A stretch of DNA of 64,000 bases from Phoronis australis. Taxonomy: Eukaryota > Animalia > Phoronida. The translations under genes were made by a program, and so were the position numbers. The stretch is from positions 727,894 through 791,893 of the forward strand of contig NMRA01000117.1 in the NCBI GenBank assembly GCA_002633005.1, in the 5' to 3' direction. Below are positions 12,408-25,047 of the stretch, piece after piece (the stretch's first letter is position 1; each line of letters opens with the position of its first letter). The notes under the pieces are model-generated. The model did not search any database. It was not told the origin of the DNA and saw only the letters and a list, made by a program, of their open reading frames with translations.

Positions 12408-15400
12408 ACGTAAACGCCTGTTAAGACTATTCATTCAGAGGTGATAATTATTGATAAGGGCCTTAACCCGAATGGGTACGATACATTTATTATGAAATGT
12501 GATGCCAAGTGTTTCTTCAAATTTTCGCTTCCGTTGTGTTATTGTCGTGTCGAAATATGCATTTTCCGATCTATTTTTATACGTTTTAATACAACTCCAA
12601 CAAAGTAATCTTCACTAGCCATATTATAGAGCCTTATCGATCTACATGTAGAAATCTTTTCTTTTTCAAAGGATCATGTAATTTTAACTACCATTTGTGT
12701 TTTTATATTTTATGTGGCCATGAAGGATGTTAGTTTTGAAATTGTACATGGCAACTCTGAGTAAACTTCACTACCTTTATCGGCCTTAGTAGATTTACAA
12801 ACCGGTATTAATTTTTTTTCAAAGTATCTTCTTTCAAACATGTTAACATGTGTTCTTATATTTTATGTGTTCGTGGACGTGCTGCTAATTTTGTTATTGC
12901 ATGGCTTTCATAACGCCGATCTTCCTAATTTTCTGAGTTAGTGTAACGTGTATACATGTCTTCTGATACTTGCTCAATGCTCAAAACAGATGTGTTGTCC
13001 AAACTATATTGTTTTGTAAATGTTAAATAAAATTGTTATAACGGAATTGTTGCTTTTCATCTAAGTGTCGCTAGCGTCAAGAAGCCGCACTGAAAAAGCT
13101 AGTTAGTACAAATTTGAAAGTACACATCCAGAAATCATATCATGGTTTCGCACCGTTATTAGTGGAATAGATAGGCTACATGGCAATAAATGATAAATAC
13201 ATAACCCATTAGTATGGGCAAAACAACGATCGGTAAAACCCACAAGAGTACAGGAATGTACACATGACAATTAGTGACATGAGGAAGACATTACCAAGAA
13301 GGGCCGGCCACTGAGGTGGCAAATCACCAATTTTGACTGATTTCCAGAATTGCAAAATTACCGCTTAACTGAGAAACTAATGTTTTATTCCATTAGGAAA
13401 AACGGGTGTTTTTCAACAAAACGAGTTCTTAATTCTATGACATACATTAATGGCGGTGCAACTGTGGTTTGAAAATGTTGATTCCACCGCACGCCGTTCC
13501 CACACCTAGGTATAACCGGTTGATGTATAAATAGCGCTGATGTCAAATACAGTATCGTGCATAGACATGGTCTCCTGCATTAGTGACGAGAGGAGCCGGG
13601 GGGCTCCGGGACCCGTGCGAGTCGAGATGCGCGCCGGCGGAGAATTTTTCTAAGGGTTTCGGCTTCAGTTGGACAAAGATAAGCCTCCAGATTCAGAACT
13701 AGAAGTCACATGAATTCTTCTCATTTGTAACGCTAATCAAGTTTCTTGCTAGCAACAATGATACATACATCGAGACAAAATTATTCCATTGATAAATGAC
13801 TTCTACATCTCACATTCCGTCATTTGTGCTCAAATTTCAAAAGTCTACGATGAATTTTTTGGCATAATTGATTAAAAATTAGGCGCATTTAGGATGACTG
13901 ATTTACAAGGATTATAATCAATCATTATTTCCACAACAGTCGGTGTAACTCTTGGCAGTGTTGGGGAGACGGAATGTGGAGTGGAAGACCCGTTTTCAGA
14001 ACAGCCATTTTCCAGCTCTGGAAAAATATATTGATAGCGATTTTAATCAATGCCGTACCAACGAAGGAATAGGTACATGTTCAGTTTAAAAATGATTTCA
14101 TACTATTCACATAATAATAATAAGATTCTGCAAGGGATTAAGGTGGTACAGCAGCGGAGGATGGACGCTGGACCAACCACACTAAGACAGAGAAGACGGC
14201 AATATGCAAAACATGTCCATGTCGGCGCATAAAAAGGGACGTGTGAACGCGAGACAAACGAGGAAAAATAGGTAGATCGAGGTAAAATGAAGACCAACAA
14301 AGGCAAAACAAAAATCCATGTACTTCGCGTCTAAAAACGTAAGAGGAGTGTACCACGTAATAATGTACTCAAGATAGTATTCGGCTCAGTTTGGGCACAT
14401 ACATACATTTAGTTTACTACGAACAGCACTGCTACATTTCACTAATTTTGCAAGGTTTTAGCCCGCTGTGATACAGCTGCGTAAACTAGACTACTGGCAG
14501 AGAAGATGGCAATATGCACCCACACATGTTGCGGTCTATGTGCATGAAAAGATAAAGAACAACTATTGTAATTCTAATAGCATATTTATTGAACAGGATT
14601 AAGATTCCACCTGACAAATTTTTATCTTCTAGTCAGTCTATCACATCTGTTCAGGGAGCGTTAACATTGAAAAACAGCTTGGATGAAAATTACAAAATAT
14701 GAAAGTGAAATTTCTGAATGATTTAGATGTGGCCTGAACCACAAAGGGAATTACCGTTTTTTTTCAATTTTTTGTTTCCAGATGTTGTATAAGGTATGAA
14801 CATGTCACATGGAAATGTGTACACTTTTTGCAACTCCAGTGAAGTGGTCTTTTTAAAAGACATAAAATGTTTTACACAGCATGTTAAGCAAAGGACCCTC
14901 TTTCACAGTAACAACAAGTAATTTTAACTACACCCATGTAAACTAGGATTCATCCAGGCCTACCAATATAGTCAAATTACGAGTGATTCAGCCGGACACA
15001 CCAAACAAAACTAGGTTGCCAGAAGATGAGGGGAACACAATTCACTGCCTGTGGACGTCTATAAAGGTTTAATAGGCGATAGGCCTGTAATGGGTATGCT
15101 CAACCAACTTGCCTTTTGATTGACAGAATGAAGCATACTAAACAATATGTATGGTAACAATTACCCATGAATGATTTAGACTGGACATGAAAACAGTGCC
15201 AAAATTGCAATTATCTCCTTTTCATTTGTCTTAAATACGCAAATTATGGGTCATCCAACCAAAAAAGTCAATACGAGGCCAAGTAAATTACACTGGTAAT
15301 AGGATTGAATCTAACTTAACTGCAATAGTAAAGGACCAAAGAACATCTCAAAAAGGCAACATTCATTGGCAATAAGGCTGAACTTGGTTTTCAGTAAATT

Positions 15401-16266
15401 TTCACTCAAACTTTAGTTCAGGCTCTGGAGCTATCTACCGGTTGGTAAAATGCAAGCAATGGCTATGGGACTAGTATTACAAAGCTAGGTAGATAATCAC
15501 CTGGGAACACAACAGTGATCTTTCAAGGAAAATGATTGAGTAGCAATCCTGGGTCTTCCTGCTTTTTCGCCAACAGAGGATTCCATCACTTTCCACAGAA
15601 AGGGACACTTGTGTTGAGGTTCTATGAAGTATGTCCGGCTGAGTCATTAATAACTTGACTATATGGGTGATTTTAACTATCAACACATTTTCATATTTTA
15701 TGCAGTCATAATAATGTCAGTTTTGAAATTGCGTGTATGACTTTCAATGTCCTGATATTCCTTCTGTATGTTCTAAGACACGAGTGTAGTTTTTTGTCTC
15801 CTGGTACTTGCTCAAAGCTCATAAGAGATACATTGCCTATAGTTTTGTGGACATTGAAACAAAACTTATTTTGGCTTACATCACAGACACCACCATTCCC
15901 GACAAGTAGCCACTGACAAAGTAATGAAAAGCTTATTACACATTAATTAAACTGTTCATCAACAAATTACAAGGACCACATCCAGGCATTTGTTCTTAGT
16001 TATTAAACCAAATCATAGTTTACTAAACATGCGAATAATAATAAAAATATAACCCTTTCAGTATAGAGAGAACAACAATGAATGAAACTCACAAGACTAC
16101 AAGAATGTACAAACGTGAATTTCTAATATACATATTATACAGCCTGTAGCTATGGAAACTTGTTTGACACACAGAAAATTCCACATTAATTAAAATTCTG
16201 GCTCTAAACAGAAGCAGGTTTTATAAACATAGCTAGATACAGCTACTTAACAGTATGACATTAAAT

Positions 16267-19200
16267 TTAGTTTGGTGGTGGAGGTGGAGGCCTTGATCCC
16301 AGTATATTAACAATGACATCAAACTGGGATGGTGGCGGTGGAGGCGGAGCTACACCGAAGCTTGATGGTGGTGGAGGAGGTGGAGCCACAGGATTGGGCG
16401 GAGGGGGGGCATGGTGTTGTTGCCATGGTGGCAGGCTGCTTGGTGGCGGAGGCGGAGCTATCTGCCAAGGAGGCGGAATACTGCTTGGCAGGGACGTTGG
16501 TGGTGGCTCTGAAAAAAAAAGAGTGCAGGTGGTAAATAATAACACCTAAGCAATAACAGAATACAAACTCAATAATACAGCTTTTATGAAGTGTCTAAGA
16601 ACACTACACTTGCATTGAAGTGAAAACAACCCTTGGAATATATTGCCAGACTGTAATAACAAAACCTGGCAAATGTGTGTTTGTGTGCGCGTGCATGCGT
16701 GTGTATTCAGAATTACCCGTCTTTAAAGGCGAAGGCAACCTTTTTCCATGTCATTTTGAGCTAAAATAAGGTTGGTTGGTTATCCTAGACATATTTTCCA
16801 CTTAATTACAGCTTTTCATAATTTTATTAATTACTTGTCCGCTACTGCGGAAGTGACGTTTTAGGAGGCAAGCATTTCGCGCCAATTTCTTTTCATATAG
16901 TCTGACTGTGAGAGCTGCTGAGTCAGTCATTGTTCTACCTCGGTTGTGTTAAGTTCCGTCGTCGTTTGCTTTCATTTACTAGTCAGTCAATATGCCACAC
17001 TGTTGCTGCGTACCGGAATGTACTAATTATCGGCTCACGCGCGCTTTGGGAGTACCTTTGCATCGCTTTCCGATGGATGACACACTTCGCCGTACTTGGC
17101 TCGCTCGTGTGAAGAACGCAGCGTTACCCGTCCACGCAACGTACAAAGCAGTGGAGAATTACCGTGTGTGTGGCAAGCACTTTCTGCCGTCCGATTACGA
17201 AAGGGATTTGTACGCTGAACTGATGAAGGTCCCCGCGAAACAACGCTTGAAGAAGGATGCCATTCCGTCTGTGTTGATTCCCGGCAGTGCCCCGTCGCCA
17301 CCCCCGAGAAGTGCGTTTTTGAAGCGAGAAGCCTCGCGAGCTGTGGCCAGTACAGTGACTGGAGCCAGTGGAGGCACTTCATCTACTGTCACCCGTGCCT
17401 CCGAACGTACCCCAGAGCGTGCAATTCCTGGAACCAGTAGTGATTCGCCCTGTGCTGTTTTCTCCAGCCCAGAGCCTCTAAGCAGCCCTGCAGCGATATT
17501 GAGTAGTGGGAGTGATTACAGGCCCAGTTCGACACCCAGTGAAGAGGACAGTTCGTCGTCCAGTGAACAGATCGGTGAGCCAAACTTTGATAAGTTTATT
17601 GTGGACTTGTCTAAAGTGTTGGAGCTATTTAGAAGGTGCCAGGTGTGTGGCGAGGGAGTCACACGACACGATGTAAGCAGTTTGGGTGCTCAGGTCACCA
17701 TCCAGTGGGAGTGTGTCGCGGGACACTCTGGCAAGTGGGACAGTTGTTCCTCTGTCCGTGGTATGCCGGAGGTCCACTTAACCATGTCCAGTAGTGGCTT
17801 GGCCTCGTCGAACTCTGAACAGCACAAGCATTCCATTGAGGTAGGCATAACAACGCACACAGTGCATTTGCACCAAGATGTGTCACTACGTCTGTCCTCA
17901 GTAGCTGCCTCGTTTCTCTCAACAGCTGCCTGTGCCTGTGCGTACTCTGCCTCGTTATACTCGGGCTCAAACATGTACCCACCCACTGAATGTCCGTGAA
18001 AAAATTCCTCGTCACCACTGCTGTGAACAAGGTCTCCGTCACTCACACTACTGTCACTGTGATACGGGTCACCGACTCCAGCCATTTTCAGCTTACAACA
18101 CACTAAACAATCCCTAAATCCAACGTAGTTGAGTTCTCTACTAACCTATCTTGCCGCAGAATACTCGCCGATGGAAAGTGGTGGCGACAATTGTTGAAAA
18201 ACAGCACAAAACAAAAGTAGAATAGAACAGATTCGCACGGTAAAGTCAACGCAAAACCAAGTGGCGGGAAACGCTTGCCTCCTAAAACGTCACTTCCGGA
18301 GTAGCGGACGAGTAATTAATAAAATTACGAAAAGCTGTAATTAAGTGGAAAATATGTCTAGGATAACCAACCCACCTTATTTTGGCTCAAAATGACATGG
18401 AAAAAGGTTGCCTTCGCCTTTAAACATTTGTTAGTTGCAGAGAACACCTTAATCAACAAAGGCATTTACTGTAACACTTCAGCAACATTTGACAAATAAA
18501 CCAATCACTTACGTTGCCATGGAAACTGCTGTGACGACTGAGACGAGGGAGGTGGAGGAGGTGGTGCTGACAACAGTGATCGGGGTGGAACACCTGAAAT
18601 GAAACAATTTTCAGTTGGCAACAAAACAATGCGACAATAACGTGACTACTATATCTTAGAATCACTGGGACCCAAACTGCCATACTTCAAAGCTATCACT
18701 TCTTACAGCAACTTAAATTGGCTGTAAACCTGCCACTACTTCATAATTTAGACCACTGTAATTGGTTTCAAATTGTTCCTCAGCCAATTTCAACATAATT
18801 TCAGGGTTTTGAAAGAACTGACAGTTTGTTAATATTGCTCGAGACTAGGCTCTACATGGTGACTAGTCACAGCGTGTCATTTCATGCACAGAGCAAAGTC
18901 TACAGAACTGACAGTTTGTTAATATTGCTCGAGACACGGCTCTACAAGTTGACTAGTCAGTGTGTCATTTCATGCACAAAGCACTGTCTCCAGAATTGAC
19001 AGTTTGTTAATATTGCTAGAGACACGGCTCTACAAGTTGACTAGTCACAGTGTGTCATTTCACGCACAAAGCACTGTCTCCAGAATTGACAGTTTGTTAA
19101 TATTGCTCGAGACTAAGCTCTACAAGATTACTAGTCATAGTGTGTCATTTCATGCACAAAGCACTGTCTCCAGGAAAAAAAGAACCAAGAGCATTTTGAA

Positions 19201-21051
19201 AACCCAGATATCACTTCCTACCCGCCTCAGTAAAGAACAAGTTGAGACTAATTTTATATCTGTAAGTGTTATGATTCAAAAGTTCGTTACCTATACAGAA
19301 CGTGGGTTTATAGAAGAGCTGAGATTAATTCATGCCTAAAAACTTAGATTTTGATTTTTCTAGGATCCAAACCGTTTTAAATGCAAGTAGACAAAATTAA
19401 ATATGATCTAAACGCAATTAACTGCATTAAATGTAATAAAAACAGACAGACTAAATTCAACATCATCTATACAGTCAGACAACAAACTGTGAACACTAGT
19501 TACCACGTCTCCACAAAACCCTATGCACACGTGCACATTGCATAACTTAATACGATTACAGCTGCCTACAAGCTACATCGCCATCGGTTCACTTGTTCAG
19601 ACAATTACCAGCAATGTGTGAGGAAAATGTCCCAGCCTTTAAGTGGGTAATTATAGTTTTGTGCCAAAAAACATTGTAACTTACCCATACTACCTGAAGA
19701 CTGAGATGTGTTGGGTGGTCCAGAATTGGTTTGCCAAGGAGGCATAACAGGAGGTGGCAACGATGTGGGAGGGATTAGAGGCGGGGGCTGTGATGTGGTG
19801 GGAGGAGTAAAGGATGATGACGTGTTCAATGACAGCAAAGAAGGCGGAGTCTGTTGAGGTGGTGGCTGGTCCCAAAGACTTCTTGGGGGAGGCTGGAACA
19901 AAACAAGATATAATTTGGCTGTCATTAAATGTTTTCAGATGCTCCTTATCCTAATCATCACTCCTTTGAGATGGGTAGACCAGTCATATTTTATTTTTGT
20001 TGCATTTTGACTTGGGCCTTACCAGTTGCATTATACTATACAAGTAACAAACAACCAATCTTCACTAGTTACACTCCAATACAAAAATGGCATCACAATA
20101 CAGGCACTTCCTGTAACAGAATCAATAGTAAACAAGAGCAACACGTACACCACAACAGACGACTATTGTTCCAAACATTCCCACTGTAAGCAATGCAAGT
20201 ACACTTAAAATAGCCTGTAAGAGGTGCAAAGTGAACCAGTGATGCTCTCCTCAATAGGAAAACACATGTCACCTCTAATCATTGCCAAAAAGAACATTCT
20301 GTTTCAATATACATCGGAACTCACCAGCGGTGTTGCGTTTGCTTGGGTGAGAGGAGGGGGATGACCACGTCCGAAAGCAGGTGGTGGCTGATCATTGAAC
20401 CGTGACTGTCTGAATGGGAGCCTATTTTGTGATGGGGGATTACTGAATCCACTTGACGTCTTGGTTGGAGGTGGAGGGCCTTCACCAAGTTCAGCCATCA
20501 ACGACATGTACTGAAAGAAAGACAAATCATCTATGGAACCAAATACATGACACACAGAAGCCATGAATACAGGCACTTGTCCTTCAGTGATATCTTTCTC
20601 AAAAAACTACTGGTCTTGGACAATGGGACAATAACATGAAAATAGTTGACCCTGGCTGGTGATTCCCGTCTCTAGTAAATCAAGCAAGAGTTAAGCTAGG
20701 AAATAGGCATACAAATTGAAATATGCAGACTGGCTTTGTAATCTGTTGTAACTTATAGTGATCAGAAACTGAAAACAGAAGTTAAAAAAATTTACACAGT
20801 ATATAGGTAGCCATTACGAGGATCGCTAAAGCCTGAGATCGCAACCACCAAACTATTTCCCAGACTCAACTAGAAAACCGACCAATCGCATAACACATTT
20901 TGACAGAATTTCCAACTTCAAGTGATGGGATTGGACAATTTTCGAGTTGAACTTAAGAAAAGTTTGGTGGACGTGAGCCCAGAGGAAAACTGGGCGAGTG
21001 CTGCTTCTCACTTCACTATCCATCTTGGCCTTGTCAACTGTTGAGGCAGGC
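16267..21051 (-). CDS. SF1: Second copy of SF1 3' exons (partial exon 8 and exons 9-12)
   Basis: Exons 21051-21012 (partial), 20510-20325, 19892-19685, 18593-18513, 16508-16267; near-identical translation and intact splice sites relative to the copy at 25048-28180; truncated at N 21052. Confidence 0.75.
16992..17999 (+). CDS. THAP-domain protein: N-terminal part of Kolobok transposase, lacking the DDE core
   Basis: C2CH THAP signature CCVPECTN...LHRFP...W...RVCGKHF...LKKDAIPSV, Ser-rich linker, CxxC...C..GH..W zinc-finger-like segment, then reads into the antisense of the second ORF. Confidence 0.8.
   Translation: MPHCCCVPECTNYRLTRALGVPLHRFPMDDTLRRTWLARVKNAALPVHATYKAVENYRVCGKHFLPSDYERDLYAELMKVPAKQRLKKDAIPSVLIPGSAPSPPPRSAFLKREASRAVASTVTGASGGTSSTVTRASERTPERAIPGTSSDSPCAVFSSPEPLSSPAAILSSGSDYRPSSTPSEEDSSSSSEQIGEPNFDKFIVDLSKVLELFRRCQVCGEGVTRHDVSSLGAQVTIQWECVAGHSGKWDSCSSVRGMPEVHLTMSSSGLASSNSEQHKHSIEVGITTHTVHLHQDVSLRLSSVAASFLSTAACACAYSASLYSGSNMYPPTECP
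17690..18085 (-). CDS. KolX-like / P2X7 ballast-domain-like Cys-rich protein, C-terminally truncated
   Basis: GYMFEPEY...SWCKCTVCVVMPTSMECLCCSE matches the recalled YxFEP...WCxCxxC..M....ECxCCxE motif of Kolobok KolX and P2X7-like intracellular domains; convergent to the THAP ORF. Confidence 0.75.
   Translation of the reverse strand: MAGVGDPYHSDSSVSDGDLVHSSGDEEFFHGHSVGGYMFEPEYNEAEYAQAQAAVERNEAATEDRRSDTSWCKCTVCVVMPTSMECLCCSEFDEAKPLLDMVKWTSGIPRTEEQLSHLPECPATHSHWMVT
18818..19173. repeat. ~65-bp minisatellite (5 copies here, 2 copies at ~25957-26134)
   Basis: Unit actgacagtttgttaatattgctcgagac...gtgtcatttcatgcaca repeated; copy number differs between duplicated blocks. Confidence 0.85.
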
Positions 21052-21052
21052 N

Positions 21053-22224
21053 TATCGGCTCACGCGCGCTTTGGGAGTACCTTTGCATCGCTTTCCGATG
21101 GATGACACACTTCGCCGTACTTGGCTCGCTCGTGTGAAGAACGCAGCGTTACCCGCAGCAGTGGAGAATTACCGTGTGTGTGGCAAGCACTTTCTGCCCT
21201 CCAGTTACAAAAGGGATTTGTATGCTGAACTGATGAAGGTCCCAGCGAAACAACGCCTGAAGAAGGATGCCATTCCGTCTGTGTTGATTCCCGGCAGTGC
21301 CCCGTCGCCACCCCCGAGAAGTGCGTTTTTGAAGTGAGAAGCCTCACTCGCGAGCTGTGGCCAGTACAGTGACTGGAGCCAGTGGAGGCACTTCATCTAC
21401 TGTCACTCGGGCCTCCGAACGTACCCCCAGAGCGTGCAATTCCTGGAACTCGTAGTGATTCGCCCTGTGCTGTTTTCTCCAGCCCAGAGCCTTTAAGCAG
21501 CCCTGCAGTGATATTGAGTAATGGGAGTGATTACAGGCCCAGTTCGACACCCACTGAAGAGGACAGTTTGTCGTTCAGTGAACAGATCGGTGAGCCAAAC
21601 TTTGATAAGTTTATTGTGGACTTGTCTATTTAGAACTGAGGTGCCAGGTGTGTGGCGAAGGAGTCACACGACACGACATAAGCAGTTTGGGTGCTCACGT
21701 CACCATCCAGTGGGAGTGTGTCGCGGGACACTCTGGCAAGTGGGACAGTTGTTCCTCTGTCCGTGGTATGCCGGAGGTCCACTTAACCATGTCCAGTAGT
21801 GGCTTGGCCTCGTCGAACTCTGAACAGCACAAGCATTCCATTGAGGTAGGCATAATAACACACACAGTGCATTTGCACCAAGATGTGTCACCACGTCTGT
21901 CCTCAGTAGCCGCCTCGCTTCTCTCAACAGCTGCCTGTGCCTGTGCGTACTCTGCCTCGTTATACTCGGGCTCAAACACGTACCCACCCACTGAATGTCC
22001 GTGAAAAAATTCCTCGTCACCACTGCTGTGAACAAGGTCTCCGTTACTCACACTACTGTCACTGTGATACGGGTCACCGACTCCAACCATTTTCAGCTTA
22101 CAACACACTGAACAATCCCTAAATCCAACGTAGTTGAGTTCTCTATTAACCTATCTTGCCGCAGAATACTCGCCGATGGAAAGTGGTGGCAACAATTGTT
22201 GAAAAACAGCACAAAACAAAAGTA
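21053..22224 (+). mobile_element. Second, degenerate internal fragment of the same Kolobok derivative, bounded by Ns
   Basis: Colinear with ~17027-18219; 15-bp deletion in THAP, premature TGA at 21335-21337, frameshifts; no TIRs; same THAP/KolX junction. Confidence 0.85.
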
Positions 22225-25047
22225 NTTGAAAATGTTGATTCCACCGCACGCCGTTCCCACACCTAGGTATAACCGGTTGATGAATAAATAGCGCTGATGT
22301 CAAATACAGTATCGTGCATAGATATGGTCTCATGCATTAGTGACGAGAGGAGCCGGGGGGCTCCGGGACCCGTGCCAGTCAAGATGCGCGCCGGCGGAGA
22401 ATTTGTCTAAGGGTTTCGGCTTCAGTTGGACAAAGATAAGCCTCCAGATTCAGAACTAGAAGTCACATGAACTCTTCTCATTTGTGACGCTAATCAAGTT
22501 TCTTGCTAGCAACAATGATACATAAATCGAGACAAAATTATTCCATTGATAAACGACTTCTACATCTCACATTCCGTCATTTATGGTCAAATTTCAACAG
22601 TCTACGATGATTTTTTTGGCATAATTGATTAAAAATTAGGCGCATTTAGGATGACTGATTTACAAGGATTATAATCAATCATTATTTCCACAACATTCGG
22701 TGTAACTCTTGGCAGTGTTGGGGAGACGGAATGTGGAGTGGAAGACCCGTTTTCAGAACAGCCATTTTCCAGCTCTGGAAAAATATATTGATAGCGATTT
22801 TAATCAATGCCGTACCAACGAAGGAATAGGTACATGTTCAGTTTAAAAATGATTTCATACTATTCACATAATAATAATAAGATTCTGCAAGGGATTAAGG
22901 TGGTACAGCAGCGGAGGATGGACGCTGGACCAACCACACTAAGACAGAGAAGACGGCAATATGCAAAACATGTCCATGTCGGCGCATAAAAAGGGACGTG
23001 TGAACGCGAGACAAACGAGGAAAAATAGGTAGATCGAGGTAAAATGAAGACCAACAAAGGCAAAACAAAAATCCATGTACTTCGCGTCTAAAAACGTAAG
23101 AGGAGTGTACCACGTAATAATGTACTCAAGATAGTATTCGGCTCAGTTTGGGCACATACATACATTTAGTTTACTACGAACAGCACTGCTACATTTCACT
23201 AATTTTGCAAGGTTTTAGCCCGCTGTGATACAGCTGCGTAAACTAGACTACTGGCAGAGAAGATGGCAATATGCACCCACACATGTTGCGGTCTATGTGC
23301 ATGAAAAGATAAAGAACAACTATTGTAATTCTAATAGCATATTTATTGAACAGGATTAAGATTCCACCTGACAAATTTTAATCTTCTAGTCAGTCTATCA
23401 CATCTGTTCAGGGAGCGTTAACATTGAAAAACAGCTTGGATGAAAATTACAAAATATGAAAGTGAAATTTCTGAATGATTTAGGTGTGGCCTAAACCACA
23501 AAGTGGTACGGAATTACCGGTTTTTTTTTCCAATTTTTTTGTTTCCAGATGTTGTATAAGGTATAAACATGTCACATGGAAATGTGTACACTTTTTGCAA
23601 CTCCAGTGAAGTGGTCTTACACAGCATGTTAAGCAAAGGACCCTCTTTCACAGTAAGAACAGTTAATTTTAACTACACCCATGTAAACTAGGATTCATCC
23701 AGGCCTACGAATATAGTCAAATTACGAGTGATTGAGCCAGACACACCAAACAAAACTACGTTGTCAGAAGATGAGGGTAACACAATTCACTGCCTGTGGA
23801 CATCTATAAAGGTTTAATAGGCGATGGGCCTGTAATGGGTATGCTCAACCGACTTGCCTTTTGATTGACGGAATGAAGCATACTAAACAATATGTATGGT
23901 AACAATTACCCATGAATGATTTAGACTGGACATGAAAACAGTGCCAAAATTGCAATTATCTCCTTTTCATTTGTCTTAAATACGCAAATTATGGGTCATA
24001 CAACCAAAAAAGTCAATACGTGGCCAAGTAAATTACACTGGTAATACGATTGAATCTAACGTAACTGCAATAGTAAAGGACCAAAGAACATCTCAAAAAG
24101 GCAACATTCATTGGCACTTGTTAATGTCTCTGGTTTTCAGTAAATTTTCACTCAGACTTTAGTTCAGGCTCTGGAGCTAGCTACCGGTAAAATGCAAGCA
24201 ATGGCTATGGGCCTAGTATTACAAAGCTAGGTTGATAATCACCTGGGAACACAACAGTAATCTTTCAAGGAAAATGATTGAGCAGCAATCCTGGGTCTTC
24301 CTGCTTTTTCGCCAACAGAGGGAGCATTCCATCACTTTCCACAGAAAGGGACAGTTGTGTTCCCAGTAACATGAAGTTCTATGAAGTATGTCCGGCTGAG
24401 TCATTAATAACTTGTCTATATAGGTGATTTTAACTATCAACACATTTTCATATTTCATGCAGTCATGATATTGTCAGTTTTGAAATTGCATGTATGACTT
24501 TCAATGTCCTGATCTTCCTTCTGTATGTTCTAAGACTCCCCTGTAGTTTTTATGTCTCCCGGTACTTGCTCAAAGCTCATAAGAGATACATTGCCTATAG
24601 TTTTGTGGACATTGAAACAAAACTTATCTTGGCTTACATCACAGACACCACCATTCCCGGCAAGCAGCCACTAACAAAGTAATGAAAAGCTAATTACACG
24701 TTAATTAAACTGTTCATCAACAAATTACAAGGACCACATCCCGGCATTTGTTCTTAATTATTAAACTTCAAATCATAATTTACTCCCAAGTTAATGGAAA
24801 ACAAACATGCGAATAATAATAAAAATATAACCCTTTCAGTATAGACAGAACAACAATGAATGAAACTCACAAGACTACAAGAATGTACAAACATGAATTT
24901 CTAATATACATATTATACAGCCTGTAGCTATGGAAACTTGTTTGACACACAGAAAATTCCACATTAATTAAAATAATTCTGGCTCTGAACAGAAGCAGGT
25001 TTCATAAACATAGCTAGAAACAGCTACTTAACAGTATGACATTAAAT

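Larger units (their letters stand above)
16727..18419 (+). mobile_element. Kolobok-type DNA transposon, internally deleted (non-autonomous)
   Basis: ~160-bp TIRs beginning AGGCGAAGGCAACC / ending GGTTGCCTTCGCCT; TTAA duplicated at 16723-16726 and 18420-18423; empty site tctttaaacatttg seen at 25551; convergent THAP and Cys-rich ORFs as established for Kolobok. Confidence 0.9.
13469..21051. repeat. Duplicated block, copy A (second copy at 22226-28027); probably an uncollapsed haplotype of the SF1 3' region
   Basis: Long near-identical colinear sequence with scattered SNPs/indels; copy boundaries coincide with N characters at 21052 and 22225. Confidence 0.9.

Noticed and set aside
14050-14356. 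Short ORFs identical in both duplicated blocks (also 22807-23113)
   Set aside because: Identity is explained by the duplication; no recognisable domain or splice structure.
16313-16549. Gly-rich plus-strand ORFs (also 25094-25330)
   Set aside because: Antisense shadows of the Pro-rich last exon of SF1.
16992-18103. Domesticated host THAP gene or P2X7 receptor gene
   Set aside because: Enclosed by TIRs with TSD, absent from the other copy of the locus, and no P2X transmembrane/ectodomain sequence.
21053-22224. Transposon-mediated duplication or capture of SF1 exons
   Set aside because: The fragment lacks TIRs and is bounded by Ns on both sides, so its position is more simply a scaffolding placement.
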